From Candidatus Treponema equifaecale (lineage in GTDB: Bacteria > Spirochaetota > Spirochaetia > Treponematales > Treponemataceae): DNA of 64,000 nt. Within the stretch, counting starts at the first letter, position 1. Every line of letters begins with the position of its first letter. This document shows positions 57,250 to 64,000 of this stretch, in pieces. Under the pieces are notes generated by a model. It saw nothing but the letters and a program-made list of their open reading frames with translations, searched no databases and was not told the origin of the DNA. The stretch spans positions 13,998 through 77,997 of the forward strand of contig JAGHUJ010000052.1 of NCBI GenBank assembly GCA_018064905.1. The letters run 5' to 3'. The position numbers and the translations under genes were made by a program.

Positions 57250-58755
57250 ATGAAAAATGTAATCGCTGAAATAGTTGAAAGACGCAAAAAGGACATTGCT
57301 GAGAGAGGATATTCTTTTGGGTTTGAAATACCTGAAAAACGAACTCGTCCAGTAAATCCCTTCATGGCCGAAAAAGGCGTGATTCTTGAAGTAAAGCGGG
57401 CCAGCCCAAGTAAGGGTGATATTGCTCCAGGTTTGGATTCCGCTGAAACAGCCAGAAAATATCGTGCCAATGGTGCCAGTGCTATCAGCTGTCTTACTGA
57501 AGAAAATTATTTTAAGGGCAGCCTGCAGGATTTGATGAACGTTTGCAATGCAGTTCCAGATGTGGCAGTTTTGCGAAAGGATTTTCTTATTGATGAAGAA
57601 GAAATCGACATTGCTTACCGTTGTGGTGCAGATGCTGTTCTTCTGATTTCTGGAATGCTGACTCTGGAAAAAATGCTTTCCATGACAAAAAAGTGCAGGG
57701 ATCTTGGAATCCGCGCTCTGGTGGAAGTCCGCACACTGGAAGATGCAGATAAGGTTCTTGAAGTAAAAAAACAATATGCAGATACAATCGTTTGTGGTGT
57801 TAATTCAAGAAACCTTAAAGACTTTACAATCGATCTTCTGGTTCCGGCAATGCTCAAAGAAAAACTGGGCGGCAAAGTTATTTTTGAAAGTGGAATCACA
57901 ACACCGGACGCAGCAGCAAAAATCGGTTCAATGGGCTTTACGGGAATTCTTCTTGGTGAATTTGCCGCACGAAATCCTGAAAAAGCCGGAGAATTTGTAA
58001 AGGCCTTCAAGCAGACAGATGAAAATGCCTGCGGAAGAAAACTGATTGACCTGGCAGTTAAAATCAACAGACATGCACATGATTCTGTTGAATCAGCAGA
58101 AAAAAAGATGGTTTCGACAAGCTCAACCACCGTTCATAAAGACAACGGTTTTGACGTGGTTCAGTCTGCTAAACCTATGGTAAAAATCTGCGGCCTTACA
58201 CGCAAAGAAGATGTTCTTCTGGCAGATTCATTGGGTGCAGATTTTGTGGGCTTCATTTTTGCCACAGAATTTGGTCGCAACGTGTACGGAGAAAAATTCG
58301 ACGCGCTTAAGGATTGTCTGAAAACTGTAAAGGCTTACAAGGTTGCGGTTGTAACAAGACCTGAAACAGAAGAAGCAAAGGCTGCGGCTGAACTGGTAAA
58401 ACAGGGCGTGCTGGATTTTGTTCAGCTCCACGGAATTGAATACGAAGCAATGCCAGAATACCTGAAAGAAGTTCCACACTATTTTGCAGTGACTTCAAAA
58501 ACAGAAATCGAAAGTTCAAGAACCGATGCATTGATTGCAAAAGGCGAGCCAAGATTTCTTCAGGACTGCCGGGAGCACAAATATGGAACGCTGGATCACC
58601 TGTGGCTTGCAGGCGGCGTAACTCCAGAAAATGTGGCCCAGCTGATTTCAGACTTTAAGCCAGAACTGGTAGATGTTTCAAGCGGAGTTGAAGACGAAGG
58701 AAATTTAGGCGTAAAGAATCCAGAAAAATTGAAGAAATTTTTTGAAGAAGTGTAG
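57250..58755 (+). CDS. trpC: Bifunctional indole-3-glycerol phosphate synthase / phosphoribosylanthranilate isomerase (TrpC-TrpF)
   Basis: EVKRASPSKG, LRKDFL, GVNSRNL, ESGI; VKICGLT, VQLHG, LAGG, DVSSGVE. Start uncertain (57235, 57241 or 57250). Confidence 0.92.
   Translation: MKNVIAEIVERRKKDIAERGYSFGFEIPEKRTRPVNPFMAEKGVILEVKRASPSKGDIAPGLDSAETARKYRANGASAISCLTEENYFKGSLQDLMNVCNAVPDVAVLRKDFLIDEEEIDIAYRCGADAVLLISGMLTLEKMLSMTKKCRDLGIRALVEVRTLEDADKVLEVKKQYADTIVCGVNSRNLKDFTIDLLVPAMLKEKLGGKVIFESGITTPDAAAKIGSMGFTGILLGEFAARNPEKAGEFVKAFKQTDENACGRKLIDLAVKINRHAHDSVESAEKKMVSTSSTTVHKDNGFDVVQSAKPMVKICGLTRKEDVLLADSLGADFVGFIFATEFGRNVYGEKFDALKDCLKTVKAYKVAVVTRPETEEAKAAAELVKQGVLDFVQLHGIEYEAMPEYLKEVPHYFAVTSKTEIESSRTDALIAKGEPRFLQDCREHKYGTLDHLWLAGGVTPENVAQLISDFKPELVDVSSGVEDEGNLGVKNPEKLKKFFEEV
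58107..58132 (-). repeat. REP-A copy in-frame in the TrpC-TrpF linker
   Basis: gatggtttcgacaagctcaaccaccg, encoding MVSTSSTT. Confidence 0.88.
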
Positions 58756-58794
58756 CAGATTGAAGGCAGCTCTGAATGGGGCTGCTTTTTTATG

Positions 58795-58830
58795 TTGAAA
58801 CATGTTCGCCCTGGTGGTATATTTTTCTCC
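58795..58830 (+). promoter_or_regulatory. Probable leaderless promoter
   Basis: TTGAAA-17-(TGG)TATATT-7-ATG, no SD. Confidence 0.65.
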
Positions 58831-59862
58831 ATGTCTAAACGTGTTTTTCTTGCCTTTGCTTTTTTTACCGTTTTGAATGCAATTTCTTTTTCAGAAGAAA
58901 ATTTAAATCAGAAATCTTTGTCACATGCTCAGGTTGCTGCCACGGCTTTTGTTCCTTATGGAATTACTCTGGCAGGAATCGGGACCCGTTTTTTATTTCC
59001 TGAAAATTTGCGGGGCTATTCAATGACCGCTTTTTCAACTGTGGCAAACATTCCTTCCTGCATAATCGACCCTTTCTATTCAATTCCAATGACTGCTGCC
59101 GGAAGTGGAATGATGTTGAGCTCAAATATATGGGTCAATGATTTTGGCGAATATTCATTTGGCAGGAAAAATCTTTCGTCCATTGGTCATTTTGGAATGG
59201 ACATGAATATGTACACGGCTTACCACGGATATGCTGTAGCCAGAAAAATGGGACCTTCAGAGCTTTATCAGAACAAGGAAAATTATAGTTTTTCTGAACT
59301 TATGCTCTCTCCGTTTAATCCTGGAGTTCTTAAGGAAGCATATGTTTGTGCACCGATTCTGGGCTATGCGGCGGTGCTTTTGCTTTCAAATTCAATGAAT
59401 GGGTTCGAAAATTCAATTTTTAACTCTGGTCACGGCTATTTTGGTGACAGAAAGGTGAATGCTCTGGCTGGATTTTTTGGACTTTTGGCTTATTCTCTTG
59501 TTGATTTTACAATTACCGGCGTTGGAGAAGAATCTTTTTTCCGTGGAACAGGTTATGAAGAAATGCAGGTGTCTTTTGGGCTGCTTCCTGCAAAAATTAT
59601 GGATTGTGTGTGTTTTGCTGGTGCCCATGTTCCTCAGGATATTTTTTATGAAAATGAAAATGCCGGAGAAGTTGTGAGCGGATTTGCTTCAAGGGCACTC
59701 ATGGGTTTAATTCTTCAGGCAGTTTATGACAAATGTGGTTTAAGAGCTTCAACAGCAGTTCACATGTGGGTAGACACTCTCATCACAATGTTTCAGTACA
59801 TGTACTCCTGCGGTGTTGAAAATGATTATAAATTTTCGATTGATTTTAAAATTAAGTTGTAG
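58831..59862 (+). CDS. CPBP/Abi family intramembrane metalloprotease-like protein
   Basis: GVGEESFFRG, FAGAH, AVHMWVD motifs; start moved to ATG 58831. Confidence 0.75.
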   Translation: MSKRVFLAFAFFTVLNAISFSEENLNQKSLSHAQVAATAFVPYGITLAGIGTRFLFPENLRGYSMTAFSTVANIPSCIIDPFYSIPMTAAGSGMMLSSNIWVNDFGEYSFGRKNLSSIGHFGMDMNMYTAYHGYAVARKMGPSELYQNKENYSFSELMLSPFNPGVLKEAYVCAPILGYAAVLLLSNSMNGFENSIFNSGHGYFGDRKVNALAGFFGLLAYSLVDFTITGVGEESFFRGTGYEEMQVSFGLLPAKIMDCVCFAGAHVPQDIFYENENAGEVVSGFASRALMGLILQAVYDKCGLRASTAVHMWVDTLITMFQYMYSCGVENDYKFSIDFKIKL

Positions 59863-59944
59863 AAGCCTAATAAAATAGGCAGAACTGAAAGCTTAATATG
59901 GTTTTCGACACTTTCATTCTAACAATACAAATTTCTGAATAGAC

Positions 59945-59992
59945 TTGACCGGAAGGCAAAGAACTATTACAATGTTACTATACATAGAAACA
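59945..59992 (+). promoter_or_regulatory. trpB promoter carrying the same 20-mer as the trpE palindrome arms
   Basis: TTGACC-17-TACAAT; TGTTACTATACATAGAAACA at 59973-59992. Confidence 0.8.
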
Positions 59993-60005
59993 TAGGGAGA
60001 AACTT

Positions 60006-61265
60006 ATGTACATTACTTCTGAAAATGGTTTTTTTGGTGATTATGGCGGAAGCTATGTTCCTGAAATTTTGCGTACGGCTGTAGATGAGCTGGCTGTCGC
60101 TTTTGAGAAATACATGAAGGATCCAGAATTCCTGGCAGAACTTAAGGAACTTCAGAGAGATTATATTGGTCGCGAAACACCGCTGATGTTTGCACGCAAG
60201 GCAACTGAACTTTTGGGCGGCGGTCAGATTTACATTAAGCTGGAAGGTCTGGCAAATACTGGCGCTCACAAAATCAACAACGCCATTGGTCAGGTTTTGC
60301 TGGCTAAAAAAATGGGAAAAACACGCATTATTGCCGAAACTGGTGCCGGTCAGCATGGTGTTGCTACTGCTGCTGCCTGTGCAAAGCTTGGAATGGAATG
60401 TGTTGTTTATCAGGGTGAAGTTGATGTTCGCCGTCAGCAACCAAATGTTGCTTCAATGGAACTTTATGGTGCCAAGGTTGTGGCAGTTAAAAACGGCAGC
60501 CGCACTCTTAAAGATGCAGTAAACGAAGCTATGCGTGACTGGGCCACAAACTTTGAGACAACCCATTACTGTCTTGGTTCGGCTCTTGGTCCTGCACCTT
60601 TCCCTGATATTGTCCGCACTTTCCAGTCAATTATTGGACAGGAAGTTAAGCAGCAGGCTGCAGAGCGCGGAATCAAGATTGACTCACTTGTTGCCTGTGT
60701 TGGCGGCGGTTCAAATGCTTCTGGATTCTTTGCTCCATTCTTTGACGATACAGAAATCAAACTTTACGGTGCTGAAGCCGGCGGTACAGGCCCGGAACTT
60801 GGAAACAACGCAAGCCGAATGGTTGGAAATGCTGCAAAAGACGGCATCCTTCAGGGTTATAAGAGTCGATTCCTTGTAGATGATGACGGACAGGCTCAGG
60901 AAACAAGTTCAATTTCTGCAGGTCTGGATTATCTTGGCATTTCTCCACAACTGGCAATGCTTGGAAAAACAGGCCGTATCACTTTTGATGCAATTCGTGA
61001 TGATGAAGCATTGAACGCTGTAAGCTTCTTTGCAAAGAATGAAGGTGTTCTCATGGCCCTTGAAAGCGCCCACGCAGCAGCCTACGCAATGAAGCTGGCG
61101 CCAAAAGTTCCAAAGGACAAGGCAATCATCATCAATATGAGTGGTCGCGGAGACAAAGACGTGTTCATCACAAGCCCGGTATTCCGCCCAGAATCATGGA
61201 AAGACTTCCTGCGCCTGGAACTGGAGCGTCTTGAATCAAATAAAAACGTACATGAGAAATACTAA
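60006..61265 (+). CDS. trpB: Tryptophan synthase beta chain
   Basis: TGAHKINNA, AETGAGQHG, ACVGGGSN, SISAGLDY, SGRGDKD motifs. Confidence 0.97.
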   Translation: MYITSENGFFGDYGGSYVPEILRTAVDELAVAFEKYMKDPEFLAELKELQRDYIGRETPLMFARKATELLGGGQIYIKLEGLANTGAHKINNAIGQVLLAKKMGKTRIIAETGAGQHGVATAAACAKLGMECVVYQGEVDVRRQQPNVASMELYGAKVVAVKNGSRTLKDAVNEAMRDWATNFETTHYCLGSALGPAPFPDIVRTFQSIIGQEVKQQAAERGIKIDSLVACVGGGSNASGFFAPFFDDTEIKLYGAEAGGTGPELGNNASRMVGNAAKDGILQGYKSRFLVDDDGQAQETSSISAGLDYLGISPQLAMLGKTGRITFDAIRDDEALNAVSFFAKNEGVLMALESAHAAAYAMKLAPKVPKDKAIIINMSGRGDKDVFITSPVFRPESWKDFLRLELERLESNKNVHEKY

Positions 61266-61322
61266 TATCTGTTGAATTTTTAATGGTATGAAACACAGAT
61301 CATGTAAGTAAATGTGTCCTGA

Positions 61323-61442
61323 AAAAGTGGGACGCAGGAAAAAAAGTTAAGGGGGAACCGGCAACGAAGCACAGCGAAGCGCCTGCGTAGTGAAAGCCGG
61401 GGGATACCTTGGCTTATTTTCCGTCGCTGGGGCCCGCTTTTT
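61323..61442 (+). repeat. Family D element, copy 2 (trpB-trpA gap)
   Basis: Same conserved 5' and 3' blocks as 13718 with a different, shorter middle. Confidence 0.85.
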
Positions 61443-61480
61443 CAGGATAATTGTAAATAAGATTATTTGAGGTTTTTAAT

Positions 61481-62239
61481 ATGAAAAAATTGATGTCACA
61501 TCTTGTTGCTAATTATCCTACTCCTGAGCTTTCATTTGCTGTAGCCCAGGCCCTTGTTGAAGGCGGAGCTGATATTCTTGAAGTTCAGCTTCCATTCAGT
61601 GATCCAAGTGCTGACGGTCCTGCAATTCAGAACGCCTGCTCAACTGTTCTTGAACGTGGAGCCACAACAAAGGACGGACTGGATTTTATCGCAAAGGTTC
61701 ACAAGGCATTTCCACAGGTAAAAATTGCCATCATGTCTTACGGTTCTTTGATTTACACACCGGGCGTTGATGCATTCTGTAAAAAGGCAAGTGAAGCAGG
61801 TGTTTCAATGATGATTATTCCTGATCTTCCATTTGACTGCGACGAAGGTCTTACAGAAGCCTGCAAAAAATACGGAATGGAGAATGTTCCGGTTGCAGCT
61901 CCAAGCATGACAGTCGAGCGCATGAAAAAGCTTCTGGACAAAGGCTTTACAACAATTTATGCAGCACTTAGAGCCGGAATCACAGGTGTTGCAACAAAGG
62001 TAGACGATCAGACTCTGGCCTTCCTTGACCGCCTTAAGAAGCCAAACAAAGATGGAAACATAGCTCAGATTTGGGGTGGTTTCGGAATCAACGGCAAGGA
62101 GCAGGCTGACGCAATCGCACCACATGTTGAAGGCGTAATCGCTGGCTCTGTTTTTGTTCGCATTATTGAGGCAAACAAAGAAGACAAAGCCAGAATGATG
62201 CAGCTGATCACAGAAAAGGCAAAAGAAATAAAGAATTAA
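61481..62239 (+). CDS. trpA: Tryptophan synthase alpha chain
   Basis: LEVQLPFSDPSADGPAIQ, IIPDLP, GITG, GFGI, AGSVFV motifs. Confidence 0.95.
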   Translation: MKKLMSHLVANYPTPELSFAVAQALVEGGADILEVQLPFSDPSADGPAIQNACSTVLERGATTKDGLDFIAKVHKAFPQVKIAIMSYGSLIYTPGVDAFCKKASEAGVSMMIIPDLPFDCDEGLTEACKKYGMENVPVAAPSMTVERMKKLLDKGFTTIYAALRAGITGVATKVDDQTLAFLDRLKKPNKDGNIAQIWGGFGINGKEQADAIAPHVEGVIAGSVFVRIIEANKEDKARMMQLITEKAKEIKN

Positions 62240-62241
62240 AT

Positions 62242-62949
62242 TTATTCTGCCACCAAGTCCTTAACGACTTCACTGGCAATAATCAGCCCTGCTACTGAAG
62301 GGACAAAAGCTGTGCTTCCGGGAGTAACTTTCCCGTTTTCCTGAACCAGCTTTTCCTTTGGTTCCAGGGCTTTTTCTTTTGAATACACAACCTTTACGTT
62401 TTTAATGCCCCGTTTTTTGCATTCATTTCGCATTACTCTGGCAAGGGGACATACGCTGGTTTTGGAAATATCAGCCACTTCAAACATTGTAGGATTCAGC
62501 TTGTTGCCAGCTCCCATGCTGGAAATAATTCTGGTTCCGCTGGCTTTTGCCTGAACAATGAGCTGAACCTTTGCCGTAACTGTATCCACTGCGTCCACAA
62601 CATAATCATATTTTGAAAAATCAAACTGATCTTTGTTTTCTGGAAGATAGAAGCACTGGAACGCATTCACCTTTGCATCAGGGTTTATATCCAGAATTCT
62701 TTCCTTCATTACTTCAACCTTTGGTCTTCCAGTTGTTGAAGTCAATGCGATTATCTGCCGGTTGATATTCGTTATGCTTACAGTGTCGTTGTCAACCAAA
62801 TCTATGTTCTCAATTCCACTGCGAGCCAGAGCTTCTGCAACATATCCTCCAACTCCGCCAACACCAAAAATAATGACGCGGCTGTTGCGAAGCTTTTCCA
62901 TTGCCTGTGAACCCAGCAAAAGTTCTGTTCTTGTGAATTGATTTTCCAT
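62242..62949 (-). CDS. ThiF family protein, tRNA threonylcarbamoyladenosine dehydratase (TcdA/CsdL-like)
   Basis: FGVGGVGG, NINRQ, DAVDTVTAK, SSMGAGNK, CPLARVMR motifs. Confidence 0.9.
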   Translation of the reverse strand: MENQFTRTELLLGSQAMEKLRNSRVIIFGVGGVGGYVAEALARSGIENIDLVDNDTVSITNINRQIIALTSTTGRPKVEVMKERILDINPDAKVNAFQCFYLPENKDQFDFSKYDYVVDAVDTVTAKVQLIVQAKASGTRIISSMGAGNKLNPTMFEVADISKTSVCPLARVMRNECKKRGIKNVKVVYSKEKALEPKEKLVQENGKVTPGSTAFVPSVAGLIIASEVVKDLVAE

Positions 62950-63049
62950 ATTTGTAAAGATAGCAGATAAAACAAAAAATTATAAGAATTTTCTGAAACC
63001 TTTTTGGGGTTATGGAGTTGTATTAGTAAATGCTAAGAGAGGTAACATT

Positions 63050-63574
63050 ATGAAAAAACTTTACAAGACAACTTTGGCAGTGCTTCTGCTTTCTGGAATG
63101 ATTTTGGGGTCAGCTTCGGCTCAGGCAGGAAAAATGGAAAACCGTAAGCCTGATTCTGAAAAAATCGAAAAAACTGCAAAAATGCACAAAAATTTCCGTG
63201 GCATGAAGGGCGGTTTTAATTGCGGTCCAATGATGGCAGAGCAGAATGTGGTTATTGGAAAAGTGAAGAAAGTTGATGTAAAAAACGGAAAACTTGTTCT
63301 TCAGAATGCAGACGGAAAGGATGTTGAAGTAAGTGTAAGTCCATTTACTAAAATTTTCGTGGAAACAACTGATCAGGAATTCAACCGTCTTCCACGAGGT
63401 AAAAGAGACGAAAAAAAGCCTGTGGAACCAAAGCAGAAGAAACTTTCTGATATTAACAATGGTTCCTGGGTGCTTGTTTCAACCTTTAAGTCTGAAACAA
63501 AAACTTTAAATGCAGCTGCTGTATTTGCAAAGGTTAAGGAAATTAACACAGCAAACAACATAGATGCAAAATAA
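63050..63574 (+). CDS. Secreted hypothetical protein (beta-rich, OB-like)
   Basis: Signal peptide ending ASA; GAGG RBS; no family recognised. Confidence 0.6.
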   Translation: MKKLYKTTLAVLLLSGMILGSASAQAGKMENRKPDSEKIEKTAKMHKNFRGMKGGFNCGPMMAEQNVVIGKVKKVDVKNGKLVLQNADGKDVEVSVSPFTKIFVETTDQEFNRLPRGKRDEKKPVEPKQKKLSDINNGSWVLVSTFKSETKTLNAAAVFAKVKEINTANNIDAK

Positions 63575-63610
63575 ACAAGGCTCCTTTTAGGTGTGTAACC
63601 TCCAATTTTT

Positions 63611-63645
63611 GCCGGTCCGCTTTTTCAAAGTGGGCCGGCTTTTTT
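63611..63645. terminator. Intrinsic terminator between convergent genes
   Basis: gccggtccgc-tttttcaaa-gtgggccggc followed by tttttt. Confidence 0.75.
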
Positions 63646-63701
63646 ACAAAAAAAAAGGTCACCAGCTGTACCGATGACCATTCATATATTTAAGTTTCTG
63701 T

Positions 63702-64000
63702 CTATTCAGTTTTGAAAATCTGAATTACTTTTACCAGTTCCTTTGCATTTGCACTGAGCTCTTCTGCCATTGCGGCAAGCTCTTCGGAAGCACTTGCATT
63801 CTGCTGTGTGATTGAATCCAGCTGAACAACTGCAGAAGTAACCTGACTTGCACCTGTGTCCTGTTCCTTACAAGCAACTGAAATTTCATCAATAAGAGTT
63901 GTTGTCTTTTCGATTTCTGGAAGAACGTGGTTGATTTTCTTTCCTGCATCTTCAGATTTAAGGAGAGCCTGTTCAGAAAGCTCAACAATCTGTGTTGCGG
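63702..64000 (-). CDS. Methyl-accepting chemotaxis protein, C-terminal fragment (absent from ORF track)
   Basis: Hand translation: ATQIVELSEQALLKSEDAGKKI...EISVACKEQDTGASQVTSAVVQLDSITQQNASASEELAAMAEEL...FKTE then TAG at 63704-63702. Confidence 0.88.
   Translation of the reverse strand, partial: ATQIVELSEQALLKSEDAGKKINHVLPEIEKTTTLIDEISVACKEQDTGASQVTSAVVQLDSITQQNASASEELAAMAEELSANAKELVKVIQIFKTE

Noticed and set aside
59897-59918. Possible REP-A remnant (atggttttcgacactttc)
   Set aside because: Only the TTCGACA core matches and the second arm is absent.

Overview
Bacterial chromosomal window, most consistent with a saccharolytic gut/rumen Treponema-like spirochaete (inference from gene content: tandem CNNM pair, TPR-Mrr protein, chemoreceptors; not a database result). 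The genes are mostly housekeeping: a hexuronate TRAP-uxuA-gntR-reductase cluster, purL, hisG/hisB/hisD, nrdDG, kduI, def-fmt, feoAAB with a DtxR-type regulator, a Fur-type regulator with a Zn/Mn ABC system, a trp cluster with TrpG-D and TrpC-F fusions, and one Phd-VapC toxin-antitoxin pair. No rRNA, tRNA, CRISPR array or classical transposase was recognised. The unusual signal is the repeat landscape. At least five palindromic repeat families are present. The most abundant (REP-A, CGGTGGTTGAGC-N2-3-GTCGAAACCACC, 12 copies) lies between genes and in-frame inside purL, trpCF and probably znuA. Two inverted copies bracket a small GIY-YIG nuclease gene that separates an Lrp gene from an aminotransferase gene. 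This cassette is my lead candidate for an undescribed REP-plus-GIY-YIG mobile system. Repeat ends are repeatedly amplified in tandem together with their flanking DNA. Regulatory findings include a 20-mer shared by the trpE and trpB promoters, GTTAG-N6-CTAAC boxes at the feo and flavodoxin promoters, and several probable leaderless promoters. Many CDS starts were moved relative to the ORF track using RBS or promoter evidence. All product calls come from motif recognition by eye.
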